From: Alphaproteobacteria bacterium
GTDB taxonomy: Bacteria; Pseudomonadota; Alphaproteobacteria; SP197
Reading direction: 5' to 3'
Assembly (NCBI GenBank): GCA_965228895.1
Contig: OZ245842.1
Span: forward strand, 608,001-672,000
Length of the DNA stretch: 64,000 nt
In this document: piece after piece, positions 1-9,107 of the stretch
Position numbering within the stretch: the stretch's first letter is position 1
Layout: each line of letters starts with the position of its first letter
The notes under the pieces: model-generated
The model's database searches: none
What the model was told of the DNA's origin: nothing
What the model saw: the letters and a program-made list of their open reading frames with translations, nothing else
Translations under genes and position numbers: made by a program

Positions 1-434
1 TCACGCGCGACGGTCTGGGCGTCGGATTCCGGCCGGAAGGCAACGGCTTCATCAGCGGTATCACCAACTATGACACGGCGGGGTCATTCTGTTTCGACGT
101 TCAGCACAGCTATTTCGATGAGGTCGTGTGGCCAAAGCTTGCGCATCGCGTGCCGTTGTTCGAGGCGATACGGGTACATAATGCCTGGGCCGGCCACTAC
201 GCCCAGAACACGTTCGACGGCAACATGATCATCGGCCCCTGGTCCGGGCATGCGGATAACTTCCTGCTGGCGACCGGCTATTCCGGTCACGGCCTGCAGC
301 ACACGCCGGCGGTCGGCCGGGCGCTTGCCGAATTGATCCTGGATGGCGGCTACCAGACCATCGATCTTGAGCCACTCAGCTTTCAGCGCGTCGTCGACGG
401 CAAACCTTATCCGGAGCGGGGCGTCAAAGCCTGA
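1..434 (+). CDS. FAD-dependent oxidoreductase (DAO/sarcosine oxidase/FOXRED1-like), C-terminal part, truncated by window start
   Basis: Open frame from position 3 to TGA 434; motifs WPKLAHRVP.FE, WAGHY, ATGYSGHGLQH.PAVGRALAELI. Confidence 0.85.
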   Translation, partial: TRDGLGVGFRPEGNGFISGITNYDTAGSFCFDVQHSYFDEVVWPKLAHRVPLFEAIRVHNAWAGHYAQNTFDGNMIIGPWSGHADNFLLATGYSGHGLQHTPAVGRALAELILDGGYQTIDLEPLSFQRVVDGKPYPERGVKA

Positions 435-438
435 GACG

Positions 439-578
439 TTAGAGCGGATTCTGTTTTGATGGGATCGCTTCGCGATAGCATCAAGCTAGGTGAGTCTGCT
501 CTACTCATAGATGGAGAGCGGATTCACGTGGTTAGGTGGAATCGTAAACCGGTTCCACCTAACCACGATCCGCTTTAC
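439..578. repeat. ~140 bp bipartite palindromic intergenic element (RIME/MITE-like), copy 1
   Basis: TTAGAGCGGATT...GATCCGCTTTA; two hairpins, each opening with AGAGCGGATTC (441, 515); colinear reverse-complement copy at 33966-34105. Confidence 0.9.
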
Positions 579-2188
579 CGCGCCCAGTCGCCCGCACCTT
601 CGCCGACCTCGATCAACGTCGGTCCCTGGCGCGCGGCGGCTGCGGTGACGCTTTCCGCCAACCCGCCCAAACTCTCGACGCGTTCGGCGTGCCAGTGATA
701 GGCGCGGGCCAACCCCAGGAAGTCGGGATTGAGGCCGGTGATCTCCACCGGCTCGATGTCGTCGCCCGCCATGGCGTCGCGGATCTCGCCGAGCGCCTGG
801 TTGTTCCACAGAATCTGGATGATGGGCAGTTTGAGCTCTGCCGCGACGCCCATTTCCTGACAGGTGAACTGGAAACCGCAATCGCCGGCGATCGAGACGA
901 CCGGCGCGCCAGACCGTCCGAGGCTCGCACCGATGGCGGCCGGGAGCGCGAATCCAAGCGTCGCGTAAGCAGCCGGATGCAGCCAGGAGCGCGGATGGCG
1001 TCGGTTGAAGGTCACGTTGGCGGTATAGGCAAGCTGGGTCATGTCGCCGACAAAGATGGTGTCGTCGGGCAGTGTGGCACCCAGGGTTTCCATGACCGCG
1101 CGGTGTTCGGGCGCGCGCTTGCCGCCAAAGCGCTCGGTCTCGGCGCGTAACGCACGGACCTCGCCGAGCATGGTTGTCCTATCTGTGCGGGCGGCAGAGT
1201 CGTTCCCGAGCGCGTGCAACAGATCGTCGAGTGCCTGTTCGGCATCGGCTGTGATGGCGATATCGGCGGGATAGAAGTCGTTCATCTTGCGCGGATCGAT
1301 ATCGATGCGGATGAGTTTGCCGCCGAATGTCAGGCGCTGGTTCGACGAATCGACATTCGAGAGTTCCGTGCCGACGGCCAACACCACATCGGCCTTGGCG
1401 ACGAAGTCGCGCACGGGGGCCAGACACAAGGTGGCGCCAAGCGCCAGCGGCTCGTCTTCGGGGACGATACCTTTGCCGGCGAAGGATGTCGCGACCGGCG
1501 CGCCCAACAGGTCGGCCAGCTTGCGGACGGCTCCGGCAGCATCGCTAACGCCGCCGCCGGCCAGGATAACCGGGCGCGTTGCTGAGGCCAGCATGGCGGC
1601 GGCTTGCTGGATGAGGTCGCGGTTGGCACCCGGTCGGGCGACGGTTGTGGCGGCCTGCCATCGCTCGGAGACCGGTTCGGCCAGGACGTCGCGCGGGATC
1701 TCGATATGCACCGGTCGTGGCCGGCCGGACATCATGACGGTCCACGCCTGCGCCATCAGTTCGGGCACATCGTCGGGCGTCATCGCGGTGCCGGTGAAAG
1801 CGGTCATCTGTTCGGTTATCCGGTTTTGGTTGGGGACTTCGTGAAAGGGACCCCATCCCTTGCCGATCTCGCGCCTTAAGTTGTGTGAACTCACGACCAT
1901 CATCGGCTGGGAGTCCGAATAGGCCTGGGCGATCGGTGTTGCCGCGTTGGTGACGCCGGGTCCGGTGATCAGGAGGCAGGCGGCGGGCTTCCCGGTCGCC
2001 CGCGCGTAGCCGTCCGCCATGAAACCCGCGCCCTGTTCGTGACGCGTCAGAACGTGCCGTAACCGACGCTCGCCGAGGCCACGATAGAACTCGATGGTGT
2101 GGACACCGGGAATGCCGAAGGCGGTATCGATCCCATAGTCCTCGAGCAGGGCGACGGTCGCTTGGCCGCAGGTCATGACGTTCGACAT
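575..2188 (-). CDS. ThDP-dependent enzyme, acetolactate-synthase-like superfamily (resembles 5-guanidino-2-oxopentanoate decarboxylase)
   Basis: FGIPGVH, RHEQGAGFMADGYAR, GPGVTN, ThDP motif GDCGF...WNN; start placed at MSNVMTCG. Confidence 0.9.
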   Translation of the reverse strand: MSNVMTCGQATVALLEDYGIDTAFGIPGVHTIEFYRGLGERRLRHVLTRHEQGAGFMADGYARATGKPAACLLITGPGVTNAATPIAQAYSDSQPMMVVSSHNLRREIGKGWGPFHEVPNQNRITEQMTAFTGTAMTPDDVPELMAQAWTVMMSGRPRPVHIEIPRDVLAEPVSERWQAATTVARPGANRDLIQQAAAMLASATRPVILAGGGVSDAAGAVRKLADLLGAPVATSFAGKGIVPEDEPLALGATLCLAPVRDFVAKADVVLAVGTELSNVDSSNQRLTFGGKLIRIDIDPRKMNDFYPADIAITADAEQALDDLLHALGNDSAARTDRTTMLGEVRALRAETERFGGKRAPEHRAVMETLGATLPDDTIFVGDMTQLAYTANVTFNRRHPRSWLHPAAYATLGFALPAAIGASLGRSGAPVVSIAGDCGFQFTCQEMGVAAELKLPIIQILWNNQALGEIRDAMAGDDIEPVEITGLNPDFLGLARAYHWHAERVESLGGLAESVTAAAARQGPTLIEVGEGAGDWAR

Positions 2189-2366
2189 GGTGTTGCGTTC
2201 CCCTGAAACCCCGACGTGGCAAAACGCGCTGGCTGTCGGCGTTAGAAGCCGCCGCGCCGCGGCCATTCTTCTTGACAAGAGACAGCGCGAATTGCAATTC
2301 TAAATCACATAGTACGTCGTTATATCGTAAAATGATACGTTCGCAGGGTGTCGACTGGATGAACCG

Positions 2367-3563
2367 ATGCTGCCCATGACCGCCGCCTCAGGCGAAGACA
2401 CCGGTATGGCGGGTGCGTGGCAGTTGCCGGATGAACTGGTGCTGCTGCGCGACACCATCCGGCGCTTCATGCGCGAGGAGGTGCGCCCGGTCGAGGAGCG
2501 CCAGCCCCACGACGCCTTCAAGCTGCCGGATGTCGATCTCGCCCGCCTGCAGGCCCGCGCGCGCGAGATGGGCATGTGGTGTTTTGCCTCGCCCGCCGAA
2601 CATGGCGGCGGCGGTTTGGATCTCCTGGCTCAGGTTGTTGTCGCCGAGGAAGCCGCCAAGTGCCGCATGGGCGCTTATGTGCCGGCCTGCGGTGCGTTCG
2701 GCATCGATCCGCCCAGCGTTATCTGGCTTGGCACACCGGACCAAGTTGCGCGTTATGGCGCACCGGCGATTGAACGCGGGCAGAAGTGTTTTGTCGCGAT
2801 CTCCGAAGCATCCGGCGGGTCCGACCCCGCACGCTCGATCCGCACCCGTGCGACACTTAAGGGCGACCGCTACGTCATCAACGGTACGAAGATGTGGATC
2901 ACCGCCGCTGCCGAGGCCGAATGGGGTATCGTCTTCGCGCGCACTGGGGATGCCGGCGATCGCGGCGGCATCACCGCCTTCATCGTCGACCGGTCGATGA
3001 AGGGTCTGTCCACCAAGGAGATCCCTGTCATCCGGTCCTATTCGCCGTTCGAGGTGCACCTGGAGGACGTCGAGGTGCCGGTCGAAAACCGATTGGGCGA
3101 GGAGGGCAAGGGGTTTGAGATCTGCCAGAAGTGGCTGGTCCATGCCCGCGTGCCCTATGCCGCCGCCGTCATCGGCATCGCCCAGGAAGCGCTGGAGATG
3201 GCGATCGACTGGGTGCGCCAGCGCGACTCCTTCAAGTCGCTGTTGGCCGACAAACAGGCGATCCAGTGGATGGTCGCCGATTCCGAAATGGAGCTGCGCG
3301 CCGCGCGCCTCCTGACCTATCAGGCGGCCTGGCAGGCCATGCTGGGGAACGACATCAAGATCGATGCGTCGATCGCCAAGGTCTACGCGACGGAAGCGGC
3401 GGGCCGCGTCATCGACCGCTGTGTCCAGATGTTCGGCGCCATGGGTGTCGCCAAGGAACTGCCGATCGAGCGCTGGTATCGCGAGCTGCGCATCAAACGC
3501 ATCGGCGAAGGTCCGTCCGAAGTCCAGCGCATGGTGCTGGCGCGCCATCTGCTGAAGGGCTGA
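2367..3563 (+). CDS. Acyl-CoA dehydrogenase
   Basis: AISEASGGSD, INGTKMWIT, QMFGAMG, RIGEGPSEVQR; true start may be 2376 or 2406. Confidence 0.93.
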   Translation: MLPMTAASGEDTGMAGAWQLPDELVLLRDTIRRFMREEVRPVEERQPHDAFKLPDVDLARLQARAREMGMWCFASPAEHGGGGLDLLAQVVVAEEAAKCRMGAYVPACGAFGIDPPSVIWLGTPDQVARYGAPAIERGQKCFVAISEASGGSDPARSIRTRATLKGDRYVINGTKMWITAAAEAEWGIVFARTGDAGDRGGITAFIVDRSMKGLSTKEIPVIRSYSPFEVHLEDVEVPVENRLGEEGKGFEICQKWLVHARVPYAAAVIGIAQEALEMAIDWVRQRDSFKSLLADKQAIQWMVADSEMELRAARLLTYQAAWQAMLGNDIKIDASIAKVYATEAAGRVIDRCVQMFGAMGVAKELPIERWYRELRIKRIGEGPSEVQRMVLARHLLKG

Positions 3564-3567
3564 GGCG

Positions 3568-4341
3568 ATGGCGATCGACTTCGACCTCGACGACGGTGTC
3601 GCCGTCATCACCATCAATCGGCCGGAGCGGCGCAACGCGCTGGACGCCGAACACTACGAAATGTTGTCGGCGGCATGGCAGCGCGTGCGCGACGACGATG
3701 CTATCCGTGTCGCCGTCATCACCGGGGCCGGCGACAAGGCGTTCTGCGCCGGCGCCGACATCAAGTCGTTTGTCGGGCGCGACGTCGAGCTGGTCGAGCT
3801 GTGGCTGACCCAGAAAAACCAGCTCCTTAATCGCGGTCTTGAGGTTTGGAAACCGGTTATCGCCGCGGTCAACGGATTCTGCGTCGGCGGCGGCATGACG
3901 TTGATGCTGGCGACAGACATTCGCGTGGCCTCCGATAACGCCGTCTTTTCGCTTGCCGAGGTCAAGCGCGGCATTATCGCCGCCAACGGCGGCACCCAGC
4001 GGATCATGCAGCAGATGCCCTATGCCATCGCGATGGAGATGCTCCTGACCGGCGACAGCATCGATGCGGAGCAGGCCGAACGTTGGGGTCTGGTCAACCG
4101 GGTCGTCGCACCCGATGACCTGATGGCAACGGCACGGGACTACGCGCGGCGCGTCGGTGAGAACGCGCCGCTTGCGCTGCAGGCGGCCAAGGAACTCGCC
4201 ATCCGGTCGGGCGATATGGATCTCACGACCGGGCTGCGCATGGAGCAGCTCGTCAACCGCATCCTCCATGCGTCTGAAGACACGAAGACGGCGAAGGAAG
4301 CCTTCGCCGAGAAACGCAAACCGACCTTCAAGGGGCGTTGA
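3568..4341 (+). CDS. Enoyl-CoA hydratase/crotonase family protein
   Basis: NRPERRNAL, FCAGADI, KPVIAAVNG, LAEVKRG. Confidence 0.93.
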   Translation: MAIDFDLDDGVAVITINRPERRNALDAEHYEMLSAAWQRVRDDDAIRVAVITGAGDKAFCAGADIKSFVGRDVELVELWLTQKNQLLNRGLEVWKPVIAAVNGFCVGGGMTLMLATDIRVASDNAVFSLAEVKRGIIAANGGTQRIMQQMPYAIAMEMLLTGDSIDAEQAERWGLVNRVVAPDDLMATARDYARRVGENAPLALQAAKELAIRSGDMDLTTGLRMEQLVNRILHASEDTKTAKEAFAEKRKPTFKGR

Positions 4342-4347
4342 CACGTC

Positions 4348-5550
4348 GTGGCCGAGACACTTCCCATGCCCCTGGAAGGCGTGACCGTCCTGGATCTGAC
4401 GCAGATCTATAACGGCTCCTACGCGACGTTCCTGATGGCGATGGCCGGCGCCGACGTGATCAAGGTCGAGCCGCCCGGCGGCGAGTTCCTGCGCCGACGT
4501 GACGCGCGTTCCGGTGCGGCCGTGCCGTTTGCCATGCTGAACGCCAACAAACGTTCGATCTCACTCAACTTGAAGTCGGAGAAGGGTCGCGACCTCTTCA
4601 TGCAGCTTGTGGCCGAGGCCGATGTGGTCGCCGAAAACTATGCGCCCGGTGTCATGGATCGTCTTGGCGTCGGCCCCGGCGTGCTGCGAGCGGCCAACCC
4701 GCGTCTGATCGTGGCGTCGGGCTCGGGCTACGGCCAATCGGGCCGCTACCGCGACTTTCCGGCCATGGACCTGACCGTGCAGGCGATGTCCGGCGTCATG
4801 AGCGTCACCGGCTTTGCCGACAATCCGCCGGTCAAGTCCGGCGCGGCGCTGTGCGACTTCTTCGGCGGCGTCCATCTCTACGGCGCCATCATGACCGCGC
4901 TATATCGCCGCGAACAGACCGGTAAGGGGGCGGCCATCGACGTCGCCATGCTGGATGCGGTTTATGCCTCGCTGGCGTCAAGCATCGGCATGACCTATGG
5001 CGAGCGCAACGATATCCCGTCGCGCACCGGCAACCGCCACGGTGGCCTGTCGCTCTGTCCCTATAACGTCTACCCGGCGGTGGACGGTTTCATCGCCGTC
5101 ATCTGCAACAACGACAAACACTGGCAGTCGCTGCTTGGCGCGATGGGTCGTGGCGATCTCAAGACTTGCGAACACTTGTCGACGACACGGGGACGCGTCG
5201 CCCACATGGAGGAGGTCGATTCCCTTGTCGGCCGGTGGACCGCGACGATGACCCGTGCCGCGTTATTCGATCATCTGATCGCCCATCGCGTGCCCTGCGC
5301 GCCCGTCCGCGAACTCGCCGAAGTCATGGCTGATGAGCACATGCACGAACGCGGCATGCTGCTGGAGATCGACCATCCGGACTTCGGCCCGATCACGGTC
5401 TGCCGCAGCCCGTTGCAGTTCGAGGGCCATACCCAGGCCGCCTACAAGCCAAGCCCGGCCTATGGTGCCGACAACGCCGCAATCTATGGCGACTTGTTGG
5501 GTTTGGATGACGACGAACGCGTCGCGCTTGCCGACAGCGGTGTCATCTGA
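4348..5550 (+). CDS. Family III CoA-transferase (CaiB/BaiF/Frc)
   Basis: GADVIKVEPPGGE, NANKRSISLNLK, ENYAPG, PAMDLTVQAMSG (catalytic Asp). Confidence 0.93.
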   Translation: MAETLPMPLEGVTVLDLTQIYNGSYATFLMAMAGADVIKVEPPGGEFLRRRDARSGAAVPFAMLNANKRSISLNLKSEKGRDLFMQLVAEADVVAENYAPGVMDRLGVGPGVLRAANPRLIVASGSGYGQSGRYRDFPAMDLTVQAMSGVMSVTGFADNPPVKSGAALCDFFGGVHLYGAIMTALYRREQTGKGAAIDVAMLDAVYASLASSIGMTYGERNDIPSRTGNRHGGLSLCPYNVYPAVDGFIAVICNNDKHWQSLLGAMGRGDLKTCEHLSTTRGRVAHMEEVDSLVGRWTATMTRAALFDHLIAHRVPCAPVRELAEVMADEHMHERGMLLEIDHPDFGPITVCRSPLQFEGHTQAAYKPSPAYGADNAAIYGDLLGLDDDERVALADSGVI

Positions 5551-6680
5551 TGCGCGGCAGGGCGGTCATCGCCGGTGTCGGGCACACGACCTATGGCAAA
5601 CATCCCGGCCGCGATCGGATCAGCCTGATCGTCGAGGCGTGCCGCAACGCGCTTCACGATGCCGGCATCGAGAAGGACATCGTCGACGGCGTCCTGGTCA
5701 AAATGGCGAACGCGGAACCGTCGATCCTCTACGGCCAGAAGGTCGCCGAGGCGCTTGGTCTGCAGCCGCGCGTCGGTGCGTCGCTCGACCAGGGTGGCGC
5801 CGCGAACATCGCGCTTATCTCCTATGCGGCGATGGCGATCGATGCCGGTCTGATGGAGATCGCGCTCGTGTGCTATGGCGACACGCCGCGCACCGGCAGC
5901 CGGCAGGTCTATCACCGCCCGCGCGGCGATGACGCGGTTTATGGCTGGTACGCGACGGCCGCCGGCTACGCCATGATCCATCAGGCCTATGCCCAGAAAC
6001 ACGACAGTCGGCCCGAACACTTCGGCGCCGTCGCCGTGCAGTGCCGCGCCAACGGGGCGGAGAACCCACACGGGCACCTCAAGAAACCGATCAAGCTCGA
6101 TGACTACATGGAATCGCCGCTGCTGATCGAACCCCTGCGCCGCGACGACTGTTGTCTGGTGTCCGATGGCGGCGCGGCGGTGGTCGTGATGAGCGCCCAG
6201 CGCGCGAAGCAGTTGGGCATCGATAACGCTGTGCCGGTGTTAGGTTTTGGGCAGGGCCAGGAATCCTGGGACGTCCACCTGCGCCCCAACCTGACCGAGA
6301 CGTCGGCCGCCGCCTCGGCTGACACGGCGTTCAAGATGGCCGGGCTCGCGCCGACCGACATCGATGTCGCGCAACTCTATGACTGCTTCACGGTCACCGT
6401 GCTGTTGACGCTTGAAGATTATGGTTTGGCGAAACGCGGTCAGGCCGGACCTATGGCGGCCCAGGGCGCGCTCGCGCTTGACGGCTCGTTGCCGCTGAAC
6501 ACGTCCGGCGGCCTGTTGTCAGAATCCGGTACGCCGGGCCTGCAACTTGTCATCGAGGGTGTGCGCCAGATGCGTGGCGACGCGCGGCTCCAGGTCAAGG
6601 GCGCGCAGACCTGCATTGTCTCCAACCAGGGCGGCAGCATGCACACCCACGCCACGATGATCCTGGGCAACCCGTCATGA
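5550..6680 (+). CDS. Thiolase-like protein (SCP2/Ltp2-like subgroup)
   Basis: AVIAGVGHT, CCLVSDGGAAVVV, AQLYDCFT, LNTSGGLLSE; TGATG overlap with upstream gene. Confidence 0.9.
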   Translation: MRGRAVIAGVGHTTYGKHPGRDRISLIVEACRNALHDAGIEKDIVDGVLVKMANAEPSILYGQKVAEALGLQPRVGASLDQGGAANIALISYAAMAIDAGLMEIALVCYGDTPRTGSRQVYHRPRGDDAVYGWYATAAGYAMIHQAYAQKHDSRPEHFGAVAVQCRANGAENPHGHLKKPIKLDDYMESPLLIEPLRRDDCCLVSDGGAAVVVMSAQRAKQLGIDNAVPVLGFGQGQESWDVHLRPNLTETSAAASADTAFKMAGLAPTDIDVAQLYDCFTVTVLLTLEDYGLAKRGQAGPMAAQGALALDGSLPLNTSGGLLSESGTPGLQLVIEGVRQMRGDARLQVKGAQTCIVSNQGGSMHTHATMILGNPS

Positions 6681-7093
6681 GTTTCCCGGCACCCGAGATC
6701 AATGACCTCAACCGTCCCTATTGGGACGGGCTGGCGGCAGGTGAGTTACGCCACCAGCATTGCTCGAGCTGCGGTAACAACTGGCTGCCGGCGCGTGATG
6801 CCTGCCCCACCTGTCTTGCGCCAGATCCCGCCTGGAAACCGGCGAGCGGCCGCGGCCATGTCGTGAGCTGGGTCGTCTATCACAAGGCCTATCACGACGC
6901 GTTCGCCGACCGCATTCCCTATGACGTCACGCTGGTCGAACTCGACGAAGGGCCGCGCCTTCTCACCAACGTCGTCGACAGCGACGCCGGCCGCGCGCTT
7001 TTCGTCGGCGCTCCGGTCGAACTTGCAATCGAGCGGGAATGCGATCTGGCGCTGGCGCGGTTCCGCCTGGCGCGGGACGGGGGCGCGGCATGA
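6677..7093 (+). CDS. DUF35 Zn-ribbon/OB-fold protein (partner of the thiolase-like enzyme)
   Basis: PYWDG, CSSC..CPTC, PY..LVELDEGPRL; ATGA overlap. Confidence 0.9.
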   Translation: MSFPAPEINDLNRPYWDGLAAGELRHQHCSSCGNNWLPARDACPTCLAPDPAWKPASGRGHVVSWVVYHKAYHDAFADRIPYDVTLVELDEGPRLLTNVVDSDAGRALFVGAPVELAIERECDLALARFRLARDGGAA

Positions 7094-8010
7094 GTAGCGA
7101 ACCCCTGATCGTCGTCAACGGCGACCTCGTGCCCTACGGCCAAGCGACCGCGCATGTCATGTCGCCGGCCATGCGCTATGGCCTCAATGTCTTCGAGGGT
7201 CTGCGTGCCTACTGGAACGCTGACGATAGCGAGCTCTACGTTTTCCGGCTCCAGGAACATTTGGATCGTCTCGACCAGTCGATGAAACTGCTGCGTTTTG
7301 CGCCGACCTTTGAGGTCGCGGAACTGGGTCCGCAACTGCTTGATTTGCTGCGCGCCAACGGGATCAAAGATGCCTGCCATATTCGGATGAGCGCCTATCT
7401 GGACGGCGATGGCGAGCACCATGTGACCGGTCCCGTCAGCTATTTCATTGCCAGTAAGGTCCGGCCGCGTTCGGAGAAGACGGCGACCGGTATTCGCTGC
7501 GCCGTCTCGTCTTGGGTCCGCATGGCCGATTCCGCCATGCCGCCGCGTATCAAGTGCGGCGCCAACTACGTCAACGCACGCCTGGCCCGCTTTCAGGCGC
7601 TGCATGACGGCTATGACGATGCGCTGCTGCTGAACGAAAACGGCAAGGTCGGCGAGGGGCCGGGCGCCTGCGTTTTCCTGATGCGTCGCGGTCAACTCGT
7701 TACGCCGGACATCACCAGCGGTATCCTGGAAAGTATAACACGCGACACCATGATCAGGCTGGCGCGAGAGCTTGGCTTTGATGTTGTCGAACGCATGGTC
7801 GACCGCACGGAGCTCTATGCCGCCGATGAGATGTTCGTCGCCGGATCGGCTGCCGAGATCCTGCCGGTGGTCAGTGTTGACGGCATTGAACTCGGCGATG
7901 GTGGCGTTGGATCGGCGACCAAAACGCTCCAGGCCGCCTACTTTGCCGCCGTGACTGGAGACAGCCATCGCGACAAGGGCTGGCTGACTCCGGTCTACGG
8001 CAGCGCCTGA
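7090..8010 (+). CDS. PLP-dependent aminotransferase class IV (branched-chain/D-amino acid type)
   Basis: YGLNVFEGLR, RIKCGANY (PLP Lys), ILESITR, ADEMFVAGSAAEI; start MSSEPL at ATGA overlap. Confidence 0.92.
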   Translation: MSSEPLIVVNGDLVPYGQATAHVMSPAMRYGLNVFEGLRAYWNADDSELYVFRLQEHLDRLDQSMKLLRFAPTFEVAELGPQLLDLLRANGIKDACHIRMSAYLDGDGEHHVTGPVSYFIASKVRPRSEKTATGIRCAVSSWVRMADSAMPPRIKCGANYVNARLARFQALHDGYDDALLLNENGKVGEGPGACVFLMRRGQLVTPDITSGILESITRDTMIRLARELGFDVVERMVDRTELYAADEMFVAGSAAEILPVVSVDGIELGDGGVGSATKTLQAAYFAAVTGDSHRDKGWLTPVYGSA

Positions 8011-8021
8011 GGCGCATCGGC

Positions 8022-9107
8022 ATGGCACCGGCTGTTTCCGACATCTCCGACACGGAGCGCGTGGGCGGTGTGATAACCGTCGATAATCTGACGGCACGGG
8101 TTACGGCCATTCTGGCGCGGGCGGGCCTTGATCCGGAGGATGCCGCGCGGGCGGCCGATCTGTTGGTGTTTGCCCAGCGAAGCGGCATCGACTCTCACGG
8201 TGTCATGCATCTGCCGGCCTATGTTCGCCGGTTGCGCGACGGCAGCATCAAGGCAAGACCCAGCTTTGTGCTTGAGAGCACAGGCGGTGCAGCGGCGGCG
8301 GTCCTTGATGCCGATGATGCGCTCGGTTGCCTGGCGGCTTGGCGGGCGATGCGCGAGGCGACGGCGCTGGCAAAAGGGCAGGGGGTCGGCGCGGTCGCGG
8401 TCCGGCGCAGTTCCCACATCGGCGCCGCCTCGCCCCATGTGCTGTGGGCGGCGGAGCAGGGGTTCGTCGCGCTGTTGCTGTCGAACGCGTCGGCGACCAT
8501 GGCGCCCTGGGGCAGTCGCGACGCCATACTCGGCACCAACCCGCTGGCCGCCGCGTTCCCGCGCGCCGGAGCTGATCCCGTCGTTATCGACATGGCGACC
8601 AGTGCCGGATCACGCGCGGTCATGCGCCAGGCCGCGCGTGCGGGTGAGCCGATTCCCGAAGGCTGGGCGCTCGATACGGCGGGGCAACCAACGACGGATG
8701 CAAGTGCAGCTTTGGACGGCACGGTGCAGCCGGCTGGCGGCGCCAAAGGCTACGTGCTCTCCCTGATGATCGAGCTGCTGTGTTCTGCTCTTGCCGGTGG
8801 CGCACCGGGATTTGAGGTGCGCCCGCCGCAGGCGAGCGATAGCGCGCCGTGTGGGGTGAGCCATCTCGCTATCGTTTTCGATCCAGGCAAGTTTGCCGGC
8901 AGCGACACGGTTGCACAGCGTGTCTCGACACTTGCCGATCATATCGAAGCCAGTGCGGCAACCGACACCGATCGGCCGGTGCGCACGCCAGGCTCGCGCG
9001 CTGCTGCTCATCGTGCGGCCTGCGATCGCGATGGTCTTGTCATGACTCCGGCTCTCGCGGCCTCGCTCGATGAGGCCGAGTCCTTGGTTGGTGGGACATC
9101 GTCGTGA
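8022..9107 (+). CDS. Ldh_2 family NAD(P)-dependent oxidoreductase (type 2 malate/L-lactate/ureidoglycolate dehydrogenase family)
   Basis: GIDSHG, SSHIGA, GTNPLA, DMATS, KGYVLSLMIELL. Confidence 0.9.
   Translation: MAPAVSDISDTERVGGVITVDNLTARVTAILARAGLDPEDAARAADLLVFAQRSGIDSHGVMHLPAYVRRLRDGSIKARPSFVLESTGGAAAAVLDADDALGCLAAWRAMREATALAKGQGVGAVAVRRSSHIGAASPHVLWAAEQGFVALLLSNASATMAPWGSRDAILGTNPLAAAFPRAGADPVVIDMATSAGSRAVMRQAARAGEPIPEGWALDTAGQPTTDASAALDGTVQPAGGAKGYVLSLMIELLCSALAGGAPGFEVRPPQASDSAPCGVSHLAIVFDPGKFAGSDTVAQRVSTLADHIEASAATDTDRPVRTPGSRAAAHRAACDRDGLVMTPALAASLDEAESLVGGTSS

Noticed and set aside
456-698. ORF 456-698 and the end of ORF 33966-34637 share a peptide (ESALLID..RIHV.RWNR.PVPP.HDPL)
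   Set aside because: Both are translations of the non-coding palindromic repeat, not a protein family.
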